Below, piece by piece: positions 9,682 through 18,377 of a stretch of DNA of 40,371 nucleotides (position 1 is its first letter; the number at the start of each line of letters is the position of its first letter). The DNA is taken from the NCBI GenBank assembly GCA_964480575.1, contig CAYZPE010000001.1, forward strand, positions 1-40,371. The letters are read 5' to 3'. The position numbers were made by a program, and so were the translations under genes. This stretch comes from an uncultured Candidatus Saccharibacteria bacterium. Its GTDB lineage: Bacteria; Patescibacteriota; Minisyncoccia; Phycocordibacterales; CAYZPE01. The notes beneath the pieces were generated by a model. The model had not been told where the DNA came from. It did not search any database and saw only the letters and a program-made list of their open reading frames with translations.

Positions 9682-10548
9682 ATGAAAAAAATGTTTCAAG
9701 AAAAAACTAGTGGGGAACTCACTAAAAAGGTTGAGGATTGGTGGAACGCAAATCCTTTCACTTACCTTATGGATAATAAAGATATTCAAGCCGATTGGGC
9801 TTTTTTTAGAAATATTGATAGGAAGATAATTAAATGGATGCCATGGGCACAAAAAGGTTATCCTCTTCTTTCTTCTGTTGTAAACTACTCCTCTCTTAAG
9901 GGTAAAAAGGTGCTTGATATAGCTGTTGGCACTGGCTGGAGTACTGAGCAGTTTGTGCGTACAGGGGCAGAGGTGACCGCTATTGATCTAACTTCTCAGG
10001 CAGTTGAGCTTACCAAAAAAAGACTTGAACTATATGGACTTCATGCTAAGGCTGTACAAGTTTCTGATGCACAAAATCTCCCATTTAAAGATGAAAGTTT
10101 TGACTATGTTCTAGCTTTTGGTTGTTTAATGCATATGCCTAATACGGAAAAAGCAATTAATGAAATATATCGAGTTCTCAAAACAGGAGGCAAGTCGAGC
10201 GCCATGATGTACTACAAACACTCACTCCACTTCTGGTACTACATTTTTTTTGGAAAAGGAATACTAAAGGGCAAGCTTTTTAAGTATTCTCCACAAGAAT
10301 TATCTAATCGTTATACAGACGGTGCATATGAAGAAGGGAATCAACTTACTAAATTTTATAGTAAAAAAGAAATTAAAAAAATGTTTGGGAAGTTTTCTAA
10401 AATTAATGTACGCATTTTTGACGATACAACATGTATAGATCATTTCCCGCACAGGTATTTGCCACTAGGAAGTTTTCTTCCGACACGACTTAAGAAATGG
10501 CTTACCACAAAAGTTGGCCAAACACTTTGGATTGATGTTCAGAAGTAA
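9682..10548 (+). CDS. Class I SAM-dependent methyltransferase
   Basis: Motif I VLDIAVGTGWST. FDYVLAFGCLMHMPN...VLKTGGK (Methyltransf_11-like). Confidence 0.8.
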   Translation: MKKMFQEKTSGELTKKVEDWWNANPFTYLMDNKDIQADWAFFRNIDRKIIKWMPWAQKGYPLLSSVVNYSSLKGKKVLDIAVGTGWSTEQFVRTGAEVTAIDLTSQAVELTKKRLELYGLHAKAVQVSDAQNLPFKDESFDYVLAFGCLMHMPNTEKAINEIYRVLKTGGKSSAMMYYKHSLHFWYYIFFGKGILKGKLFKYSPQELSNRYTDGAYEEGNQLTKFYSKKEIKKMFGKFSKINVRIFDDTTCIDHFPHRYLPLGSFLPTRLKKWLTTKVGQTLWIDVQK

Positions 10549-10549
10549 G

Positions 10550-11332
10550 CTACTTCTTTTTGCATAAAACATAATGCATTTCACGCATGGAAGAGAAGGG
10601 TGATCCAAGAAGGGTAATTAGGGCACGGAAATTTTTTCTCCAATCACGAAGGTTTTTGAATTTAGTCAGCATATTTTTGGTATGTGTTTCCAATACCTCA
10701 AAACCACTTTTTTCGCACATGTAGATAAGTTCCTTTATGGTATATTCGCGCCAGTGTCCTGTGAATGATTCTCCTTCGTTAAAAAATTCTTCAATTGGCC
10801 AGTAGGGAGTTTTGCCAAAAATAAATCGAATACGCTTAATTAAAGTTGTAAGGTTAGGTGTAGTGATCAGTAGGTATCCTTGTGGGGTGAGTAAATTATT
10901 GCATTGTCTAAGGAAAGCCCTTGGATCTTTGAGATGTTCAATGGTTGCTTCGTTTATGATTACATCAATATTAGTAATTTTTTTTATAACGTTGGTATCA
11001 AAAATATCTGCATTGTGAACTGTAAGAGATTGTTTATTCCATAATTTCTGTAAATTCGAAATGTTTTGAATACCAAACATTACATTGTCTCCTTCAGGAA
11101 AAATATAACGATCAAGTCCTTCGGCCTCGACGTTCAATTTTCTGAGCGTTAAAGGTAAGAGTGCAATACCAGTTCCAACATCGAGCACTTTTCTGTGTGT
11201 TAGATTTGGAATAGTCGAGAGTAGTTCAAGTGAGAAAAGATATCTATCAAAATCAACTTTATATTTGTGTGAGAATGGAAAAAGTGCCTCGTATGAATCT
11301 CTGAGTGCCTTTTTTAAAATCGCCTGTTTCAC
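10550..11332 (-). CDS. Class I SAM-dependent methyltransferase; the only minus-strand gene in the locus
   Basis: VLDVGTGIALL (motif I). IDVIINEATIEHLKDPRAFL...LTPQGYLLITTPN. Confidence 0.8.
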   Translation of the reverse strand: MKQAILKKALRDSYEALFPFSHKYKVDFDRYLFSLELLSTIPNLTHRKVLDVGTGIALLPLTLRKLNVEAEGLDRYIFPEGDNVMFGIQNISNLQKLWNKQSLTVHNADIFDTNVIKKITNIDVIINEATIEHLKDPRAFLRQCNNLLTPQGYLLITTPNLTTLIKRIRFIFGKTPYWPIEEFFNEGESFTGHWREYTIKELIYMCEKSGFEVLETHTKNMLTKFKNLRDWRKNFRALITLLGSPFSSMREMHYVLCKKK

Positions 11333-11383
11333 AGTAGAGAAGTATATTATTTTTTAGGGTGTTCTGCTAGACTACAAAACATA

Positions 11384-12190
11384 ATGACAGCTCAAAAAAT
11401 TTCTTGTACAGTACAGGTCTTAACGCTTAATTCTGGATCAACACTTAAGAAATGTCTTGAAAGTGTAAAAGATTTTGATGATATTGTAGTGCTTGATGGA
11501 GGTAGTACTGATGACACAGTGATGATTGCCGAGTCTTATGGCGCACGAATCTTTCCTCAAAATGATGCCCAAGGACTTGATGAAAAGATTAAAAATTTTT
11601 CAGATGTGAGAAATAAGGGCTTGTCTGTAGCGAAATATTCATGGGTCTTGGTACTTGATAGCGATGAATACATTTCACAAGAGCTTGCTACTGAGATTCG
11701 AGAAATAATTCTAAGGGGATTAGACAACACACACTTCATCTTTAGATTACCAAGAAAATTTGTATATCAGGGGGAGGTCATTGAGAGATCGATAAGTTAT
11801 CCAAGCTATCAGTATCGTTTTTTTTATACTCCTTGCACATTAGGTTTTTACAAACCAGTACATGAAAGTATCAAACTAAAGCCTGGGCAAGTTTTGGGTA
11901 CTCTTATTAATCATGAATATGTACCCCTTGATCCAATGTCTGTAGTACGAAAAAAGACAGGTCATTATCTTAGGATTCAACAGGACGCACTGAAAAATTT
12001 AAGTTTTAGAAGATTAAGGAAGGGTCTGTGGTCAAATGCAATTAAGGTCCTTAAATTTTCGCTTAAATATATGCTGTTGGTGTTTAAGAGAGGTAAGAGA
12101 ATGCCTTTCGGTTACGAATATGAGACTATGATGTATCATGTAAGTCTTTCAGCAAGACTTATTCAGAATTACGTTAAACGATTTCTATAA
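11384..12190 (+). CDS. Glycosyltransferase family 2
   Basis: VQVLTLNSGSTLKKCLESVKDFDDIVVLDGGSTDDT and VLVLDSDE (DxD region) are typical of the GT2 GT-A fold. Confidence 0.8.
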   Translation: MTAQKISCTVQVLTLNSGSTLKKCLESVKDFDDIVVLDGGSTDDTVMIAESYGARIFPQNDAQGLDEKIKNFSDVRNKGLSVAKYSWVLVLDSDEYISQELATEIREIILRGLDNTHFIFRLPRKFVYQGEVIERSISYPSYQYRFFYTPCTLGFYKPVHESIKLKPGQVLGTLINHEYVPLDPMSVVRKKTGHYLRIQQDALKNLSFRRLRKGLWSNAIKVLKFSLKYMLLVFKRGKRMPFGYEYETMMYHVSLSARLIQNYVKRFL

Positions 12191-12191
12191 C

Positions 12192-12806
12192 ATGAGACCT
12201 TGGGATCTTTTTTTTAAAGAAAAAATAACAAAGATTTTTACTAATAAAAAATCTGTTATTGATATTGGAGGAGGTCTTCGAGTAATTAAAGAGAAAAATA
12301 ATCGTTATGATCCAAAGCGAGAATGGGTTCGTCCTCTTATTGAAAAAGTTCAATATAAAATTCTTGATCCTGTTTCTGATTACAACCCTGATATTGTAGG
12401 GGATATACATGATCTACCTTTTAAAGATAATTCTCAGGATGCGATCGTTTGTATCGCAGTTCTAGAGCATGTTGAAAATCCGATTAAAGCCTGTGAAGAA
12501 ATGCATCGAGTTTTAAAGCCTGGTGGCTACTGCTTTGTTTATGTTCCGTTTCTTTTTTACTATCATGCAGAAAAAGGATACTACGGAGATTTTTGGAGAT
12601 TCACGCCAGATTCTTTAAGGTACATATGTCGAAATTTTTCTTCAATTGAGATTCAAAGTGTGCGAGGTGCGCTAGAAACCTGGATTTATTTAAGTCCTTT
12701 GGGTAGGTTGCCGCTTTTGTCTTCAATTGCCTATTTTTTTGACCGTTTGTTAGGAAAGCTTACAAGTAAACAAGTGAGCGGCTTCAATGTTTTCTTGATT
12801 AAATAG
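12192..12806 (+). CDS. Class I SAM-dependent methyltransferase
   Basis: VIDIGGG...DAIVCIAVLEHVENPIKACEEMHRVLKPGGYCFV. Confidence 0.8.
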   Translation: MRPWDLFFKEKITKIFTNKKSVIDIGGGLRVIKEKNNRYDPKREWVRPLIEKVQYKILDPVSDYNPDIVGDIHDLPFKDNSQDAIVCIAVLEHVENPIKACEEMHRVLKPGGYCFVYVPFLFYYHAEKGYYGDFWRFTPDSLRYICRNFSSIEIQSVRGALETWIYLSPLGRLPLLSSIAYFFDRLLGKLTSKQVSGFNVFLIK

Positions 12807-12807
12807 T

Positions 12808-13950
12808 ATGAAAATTCTCTATATTGCAAATTCACGCATTCCAACTGAAAAGGCGCACGGTCTTCAGATTATGAAGATGAGTGAAGCTTTTTTGCTCCAA
12901 GGTCATAAAGTTTCTCTTCTTATTCCACGAAGGGAGAACTCAATTAAAGATTCTCCTCAAGTATATTATTCTCTTAAAAAAGTTCCTGATATTGTGTATG
13001 TACCAAATGTTGTTGGATTTTTGGAAAAATATTTTCACCATACTTACTTTTTTATTCAAAGATTTATTTTCGGTATCACTGCATGTCTGTATGCATTAAA
13101 AAGTGATGCTGATATTATTTTTTCTCGAGAAATAAGTATCTGTTTCCTCTTGTCGATTGTAGGTAAAAAAGTAGTTTTTGAAGATCATGAGCCCAAAAAA
13201 AGACTGCGATTTATGTACACATTTTTTATTCAAAAAATTTGGAAGAAGATAATTGTACCTCATGCTCTGGCTGATTTATATGCTGCGCATGGCGTCCGAA
13301 AAGATACTTATATTATTGCGCCAAACGGAGTTGACTTAGATCAATTTAAAAATATCCTACCTAACCGAAATGTATGGAAAGAATTAGGAATAGATCCTGA
13401 TCAAAAAATTGTTTTATATATAGGTCATTTTTATGCGTGGAAAGGTGTATACACACTTCTAGATGCTTTCGATAGGGTTACAAACGCAGTGCTTGTTTTG
13501 ATTGGTGGGACAGTGCCTGACAGAGAAAAAATTGAAGCTTATATTAATGAGAAAAATATTTCGCAAACATATGTGTATCCCCACATGGTACATGACAAGG
13601 TGATTGCATTCCTCAAGTCAGCTGATGTTCTTGTTTTACCTAACACAGGGAAAGAAGAGAGGTCTTTAATGTATACAACACCACTTAAGCTCTTTGAGTA
13701 CATGGCTTCTCTTGTGCCTATTGTTGCAAGTGATATTCCAAGTTTCAATCCGTATATAAAAGATAATAAATCAGCGCTGCTGTATAAGTCCGACGATTCA
13801 TTTGATCTTTCTCGTAGGTTAAATGAGATTATTGTAGATGAAATAAAAGCTAAAAAAATAGCAACAGATGCTTATCTGCGTGTGGAAGAGTATACATGGG
13901 AAAAAAGAGCTCGAAATATACTTAATTTTATTTCAGTGAAAACTGAATAA
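12808..13950 (+). CDS. Glycosyltransferase family 4 (GT-B)
   Basis: MKILYIANSRIPTEKAHGLQIMKMSEAF N-terminus. C-terminal TPLKLFEYMASLVPIVASDIP. Confidence 0.8.
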   Translation: MKILYIANSRIPTEKAHGLQIMKMSEAFLLQGHKVSLLIPRRENSIKDSPQVYYSLKKVPDIVYVPNVVGFLEKYFHHTYFFIQRFIFGITACLYALKSDADIIFSREISICFLLSIVGKKVVFEDHEPKKRLRFMYTFFIQKIWKKIIVPHALADLYAAHGVRKDTYIIAPNGVDLDQFKNILPNRNVWKELGIDPDQKIVLYIGHFYAWKGVYTLLDAFDRVTNAVLVLIGGTVPDREKIEAYINEKNISQTYVYPHMVHDKVIAFLKSADVLVLPNTGKEERSLMYTTPLKLFEYMASLVPIVASDIPSFNPYIKDNKSALLYKSDDSFDLSRRLNEIIVDEIKAKKIATDAYLRVEEYTWEKRARNILNFISVKTE

Positions 13951-14004
13951 GTACCTTTAGTTTTTATGATAAAATGAACGTCTTCAGAAATTAATCAATT
14001 TACT

Positions 14005-14922
14005 ATGCAACAGAAAATAAAAAAAACAATTAGAACACTCAGGAATAAAAGGCATTTTATATGGAATAACATTCTGACTAAAATTGCTTACGGACTAGGT
14101 CGCTTCTCGTATCCTTCTTCAAAAAAAATAGGAACACGAAAAATATCAACGATCGGTATTGTGAGGATAGATAATGGAAAAAATCAGCTTGGGATAAATC
14201 TTCCACCTAATTACAAAGATCTTATTGAAAAAATTTCAAGTGAGGCGGGGAGGAGGATGCTCTTAACAGAAAATTGTCAGTTGCGTTCAGCAGATGAAGA
14301 GCTTTCAAAAAAACTTTCTGATGTAAAAAAAATGCCAGTTAAGGTTGAAGATATTGCTGAGATTAAACAAGGTCTTGTTGGGCACATACGTCTTAAAAAA
14401 ACTCTTGATTTGCCAGGTCTTCAAGAATTAGTCTCTTTTATTATTCCTCAAATTGAACAATCTATATATCATTCTCCAGTTATCGTTGAAAAAGCAATTG
14501 TATATAGAAACCTTGCTTCGAAGCTTCCAGAATATTCATCGGTTCTCTGGCACTCAGACAATCACTTTGAGGGTGTTATCAAGATAATGATTTACTTAAG
14601 TGATGTTACTGAAACACAAGCTCCTTTTGAGTACCTTCGACACAAATTAACAGGTGAAGCAATTCATATCAAACCACAAATGCCTCAGTTTTATCCTAAT
14701 GGTCGTGTCCCGGCTTCGGTTATTGAAAAGTATAAAGATGAAGGGTATGAGGCTGTGAAAATAGTTGGAAAAAAAGGAACAATGTTTGTTTTTGACGATA
14801 AAACAATACATAAAGGTAATTATGCTCAAAATGGACATCGAGATGCAATGGTTTTGCAACTCAAACCTGCAATTAAAGCACCCTCTGTCTACATAAATTC
14901 TCGCTGGACCTCTTCATCTTAG
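14005..14922 (+). CDS. PhyH-like Fe(II)/2-oxoglutarate dioxygenase, paralog 1
   Basis: HxD in LWHSDNH, distal His in KTIHKGN, then Arg in GHRDAMVL. Collinear with the ORF at 19301-20215. Confidence 0.65.
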   Translation: MQQKIKKTIRTLRNKRHFIWNNILTKIAYGLGRFSYPSSKKIGTRKISTIGIVRIDNGKNQLGINLPPNYKDLIEKISSEAGRRMLLTENCQLRSADEELSKKLSDVKKMPVKVEDIAEIKQGLVGHIRLKKTLDLPGLQELVSFIIPQIEQSIYHSPVIVEKAIVYRNLASKLPEYSSVLWHSDNHFEGVIKIMIYLSDVTETQAPFEYLRHKLTGEAIHIKPQMPQFYPNGRVPASVIEKYKDEGYEAVKIVGKKGTMFVFDDKTIHKGNYAQNGHRDAMVLQLKPAIKAPSVYINSRWTSSS

Positions 14923-14996
14923 CTTTTCTACTCAACATAAGGTACTGTCTTTAAAGTAGACATTTTGACAGCATTGTTGTAAATTAATTCCATTCT

Positions 14997-15788
14997 ATGA
15001 ATAAAAGGCTAACAATTAAGGAATTAAGGGCTTTGTGCCAAGCTACTGCGCCAAATCCTGCCCGAGAGAGCTTTGCAGGTCGTTTTTCACGTATTTTTTC
15101 GATATACGTTACGCGAATACTTATCCCTACAACAATCAGTCCTAATCAAATTACAGTACTAAGTGTTGTAACTTTTTTTATTGGAATCTACTTTTTCTTT
15201 CTCGGGACCGTTGTGATGAATGTTGTAGGTGCTCTGGTTATCTTTTTTTCAATTGTTCTTGATGGTTGTGATGGTGAGGTTGCGCGTTATAAAAAAAACG
15301 GAAGTGTTGCAGGAACTTTATATGTTGAACCGGTAAGTCATGATATTCAATATGGTTTAATGTTTCCTCTCCTTGGACTCGCTCTGTACCTTAATGGGGC
15401 TCCGCAATATTTTATTATTCTTGGATTTCTAGCAAGTCTTTTCAAGCTCTGGTATCGTTTGATTGAGGCTCGATTTTGGACTCTTGCAAATAATAATGCA
15501 ACAGAACAAAAGATTGATGAAATAAAAAAAGAGTATAAAGAAAAATCTTTACCTGTTCGATTTGTATATTGGATCAATAAAGAAATTTTTAGCTCAACTG
15601 GAGTCTTCCTCGTGATTTTAATTTTGGGAATCCTCAATCGGATAGACATATATCTCTGGATATATGTTGTTGGTTATGGTCTGTTCTTCTCTGCTCTTTT
15701 TACAAAGCACATCATAAAGATATCTAGTAAAAAAAAAGCCAACATATTAAAATCCCACGAATTGCAGTTGTCCTTGCGGCAGGTATAG
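14997..15788 (+). CDS. CDP-alcohol phosphatidyltransferase family membrane protein
   Basis: SPNQITVLS..., core motif LDGCDGEVARYKKNGSVAGTLYVEPVSHD (DGxxAR...G...D-type, distal part divergent), multiple hydrophobic helices. The last ~17 aa after the A9 run (ANILKSHELQLSLRQV) overlap the next reading frame and look non-native. Confidence 0.8.
   Translation: MNKRLTIKELRALCQATAPNPARESFAGRFSRIFSIYVTRILIPTTISPNQITVLSVVTFFIGIYFFFLGTVVMNVVGALVIFFSIVLDGCDGEVARYKKNGSVAGTLYVEPVSHDIQYGLMFPLLGLALYLNGAPQYFIILGFLASLFKLWYRLIEARFWTLANNNATEQKIDEIKKEYKEKSLPVRFVYWINKEIFSSTGVFLVILILGILNRIDIYLWIYVVGYGLFFSALFTKHIIKISSKKKANILKSHELQLSLRQV
15729..15737 (+). other. A9 homopolymer at the junction of the phosphotransferase frame and the nucleotidyltransferase-cyclase frame (candidate slippery site or homopolymer miscall)
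   Basis: agt aaa aaa aaa gcc in the upstream frame. A -1 shift, or one extra A, reads straight into the downstream frame (...ISSKKKSQHIKIPRIAVVLAAG...). Confidence 0.9.
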
Positions 15789-17629
15789 GAGCTCGTCTTG
15801 ATCGACCAGATAGCCCAAAACCACTCATAAAGGTTGGTAACAAGTCTTTAATAATAAGAACTATCGAACAGCTTCAAGAAGTTGGGGTTTCTCACATACA
15901 TGTGGTCGTAGGTCATAGAGGTGAAGAGGTTAAGAAAGATTTAACTGGTAATCCGGCCGTAACAGCAACTCTTGAATATATCTATGAAGAGGATGTAACT
16001 AAGGCGGGTATAATAAAAACTCTCAATCAATTATCACTCACACTGGCAGAGCCCTTTTTTTTGGCAATGGCTGATCTTGTGATTGAGAAAAATCCTTACC
16101 TTATATTTAATGAGATTCCTTTTTTGGAGTCGTCTCTGTACACTCTTGTTGATAGAAGAAAGGAGACTAATGTAGCGAGTGGGGCACTTTCTCAGGTTCA
16201 TATTTCAAGAGATGGAACCGTCACTGCTGTTGGAAGATCTCTTTCGGAATACAGCGCTCTTGAGGTCGGTATTTACTACATTACGATCAAGGCTCTTAGA
16301 AATTTGTTACATTTACAAGGAGGAAGTAGTTTACCAAGCTTGGATGGTTTACTTAATATGCTTGCAGGAATAAAGTTGCTCCGTCCAGTTTTTCTTGAGG
16401 AAGGAGAATGGTTTGATGTGAATACGCCAGCAACACATATTAAAGCCGAACTATTTGCTCGAGCAAAGAATTCTTCAGTATTTCTTCCAGCTCGAAAAAA
16501 GAATTTAAAGCTACCAGCACTTGCAACCTCTTTTACTCGCCCAAAGAAACTTTCAACAGATATTTTTATTGAAGCAGGTCTTCTGGATCGCTTAGCTGAG
16601 ACAAAAATAATTCCAGATTCTTATGCTGATGCGGTGCACTTTCTTCTGACAGATACGGTCGTTGATCTTCTTCATGCAGAGAGAGTTCTTCGAGGACTCC
16701 ATGTTTCTGGATATAATGTCCAAAAAATAGTTGTTCCCGCCGGAGAGATCTCAAAGAGTTTATCAGAATATTCCCGCATTGCTGATGAGGTCTTGAGTTT
16801 AGGTATGGATAAAAGATCCATTCTGATCAGTCTTGGTGGGGGTGTTGTAAATAATATCGCAGGCTTTCTTGCTTCAACTCTCTATCGGGGAATTGGTCTC
16901 ATTCACATACCCACAACCACCATGGCTCAGGTTGATGCAGCAATAGACTTTAAGCAAGGAATAAATTCAAGTAAAGGTAAAAATTTATTTGGTAGTTATT
17001 ACCCCGCAACATCTATCATTATTGATCCTCAGGTTTTATCAACTCTGGATGAAAGAAATCTTTTTAATGGCATAAGTGAATCAATCAAGCATGCTCTAAC
17101 TCAAGATTCTGATTTCCTCGAATATCTTCTAAAGGAGAGAAATAATATCAAGGACGTTAAGGTGCTTGAGTGTATTGTACGAAAAACAATCAATCTCAAG
17201 GTCCCACTTTTGAATGGTGATGTAAATAATGATTTTAACGAGATGATCCCGCAGTATGGTCACAGTATTGGTCATGCGGTTGAAAGGCTCTCCTCATATG
17301 ATTTACTTCATGGTGAAGCGATTGCAATAGGGATGTGTCTTTCAGCTGAAATAGCGCTCCTTCTTGGAATTTGTACCCAAGAAGTTGTGGATCTTCATTA
17401 TCGAGCATTTGAAATCTACGATCTTCCAGTTACAGTACCTTCCTATATGAGTTCTGTCGATGTGGTATCTGCAATACGTTTTGATAAGCATCACGTTGAA
17501 AAGCCTTTCATGGCTTTTGTTAAAGATGTTGGAATAATGTTTAGCGAAAATGGCCAGTACGGCATACCAGTTGATTACGGTATTCTTAAACGAGCTATAG
17601 AAATAAACAAGAAAAGACATGAAAAATAA
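15731..17629 (+). CDS. Fusion protein: LicC/IPCT-like nucleotidyltransferase domain plus a 3-dehydroquinate-synthase-like sugar phosphate cyclase domain (start codon unresolved)
   Basis: The frame opens at 15731 after the stops at 15725 and 15728. N-terminal IAVVLAAGIGARLDRPDSPKPL...WFDVNTP. C-terminal GGGVVNNIAGF, IHIPTTTMAQVDAAIDFKQGIN, GKNLFGSYYP, SESIKHAL, GHSIGHAVE and HGEAIAIGM are collinear with DHQS. There is no ATG/GTG/TTG in frame before GTG 15902, and that start would delete the NTP-binding glycine loop. Confidence 0.8.
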   Translation, partial: KKSQHIKIPRIAVVLAAGIGARLDRPDSPKPLIKVGNKSLIIRTIEQLQEVGVSHIHVVVGHRGEEVKKDLTGNPAVTATLEYIYEEDVTKAGIIKTLNQLSLTLAEPFFLAMADLVIEKNPYLIFNEIPFLESSLYTLVDRRKETNVASGALSQVHISRDGTVTAVGRSLSEYSALEVGIYYITIKALRNLLHLQGGSSLPSLDGLLNMLAGIKLLRPVFLEEGEWFDVNTPATHIKAELFARAKNSSVFLPARKKNLKLPALATSFTRPKKLSTDIFIEAGLLDRLAETKIIPDSYADAVHFLLTDTVVDLLHAERVLRGLHVSGYNVQKIVVPAGEISKSLSEYSRIADEVLSLGMDKRSILISLGGGVVNNIAGFLASTLYRGIGLIHIPTTTMAQVDAAIDFKQGINSSKGKNLFGSYYPATSIIIDPQVLSTLDERNLFNGISESIKHALTQDSDFLEYLLKERNNIKDVKVLECIVRKTINLKVPLLNGDVNNDFNEMIPQYGHSIGHAVERLSSYDLLHGEAIAIGMCLSAEIALLLGICTQEVVDLHYRAFEIYDLPVTVPSYMSSVDVVSAIRFDKHHVEKPFMAFVKDVGIMFSENGQYGIPVDYGILKRAIEINKKRHEK

Positions 17630-18377
17630 GGGTAAGAAAAAGATACTTGTAACAGGTGCAAGTCGTGGTATAGGAAAAGCTCTTGTTAAAAAGTTACTCG
17701 AGGATGGTTTTGATATTATTGCTATTGCTCGCAATAAAAAAGGACTTATTGCACTAGAAAAAGAATACGCAAAATTTGGTACTGTGAAGGGAATTACTCT
17801 CGACCTATCTAATGAAGAGGCTGTTAAAAAATTTACACAAAAATGGAAAGAGTCGCTGTACGGAATTATTAATAATGCGGGAATTTGTAAGACTGAGCGC
17901 TTAGATGAAAATAATGATGTGTGGGAGGAAGTAATTAAAACCAATCTTGCAGGGCCGTATTTTCTTACTAAAGGACTTTTGGCGCATATTGAGTCTCCAG
18001 GGCGGATTGTAAATATTTCCTCACAATTAGGTCGTGAAGGTAGGGCTAGTTATAGTGCGTACTGCGCCTCTAAGTTTGGCATCATTGGCCTTACTAAATG
18101 TTGGGCAAAGGAGTTGGGGGTTAAAAATATTACGGTGAATGCAATTTGCCCAGGTTGGGTAGATACTGAAATGTCGCGCATTGATTTGGCACGAATTGCA
18201 AAAGAGAAAGGAAAGTCGATCGAAGATTTTTATAAAGAAATTTGTGCTCCTCTAGAGCTTAAGCGTTTTACCACACCAAAAGAGGTCGCTGAGCTTGTTT
18301 CTTTTCTAGTCTCAGAGAAGTCCTCTGGTATTACTGGTCGTGACATGCTTTTGAATACAGTTTGGAATCAAGAATAA
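17619..18377 (+). CDS. Short-chain dehydrogenase/reductase (SDR)
   Basis: VTGASRGIGKAL, NNAG, SSQLG...YSAYCASK (catalytic S/YxxxK). Overlaps the upstream gene by 11 nt. Confidence 0.9.
   Translation: MKNKGKKKILVTGASRGIGKALVKKLLEDGFDIIAIARNKKGLIALEKEYAKFGTVKGITLDLSNEEAVKKFTQKWKESLYGIINNAGICKTERLDENNDVWEEVIKTNLAGPYFLTKGLLAHIESPGRIVNISSQLGREGRASYSAYCASKFGIIGLTKCWAKELGVKNITVNAICPGWVDTEMSRIDLARIAKEKGKSIEDFYKEICAPLELKRFTTPKEVAELVSFLVSEKSSGITGRDMLLNTVWNQE

Noticed and set aside
15902-17629. The ORF-track GTG start at 15902 for the 575-aa protein
   Set aside because: The same frame is open back to 15731. It encodes IAVVLAAGIGARLDRPDSPKPLIKVG, the obligatory NTP-binding loop of the nucleotidyltransferase fold, and starting at 15902 would delete it.
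16560-17629. The DHQS-like domain as ordinary shikimate-pathway AroB
   Set aside because: It is fused to a nucleotidyltransferase and embedded in a glycan locus. No other aro genes are in the window, and residues I recall as DAHP contacts in AroB appear substituted. This still needs a proper alignment to confirm.
17342-17944. 200-aa minus-strand ORF overlapping the cyclase 3' end and the SDR 5' end
   Set aside because: It runs antisense to two genes with strong family signatures. Its product is low-complexity (S/F/L-rich) with no recognisable motif. Long antisense ORFs like this are expected by chance.
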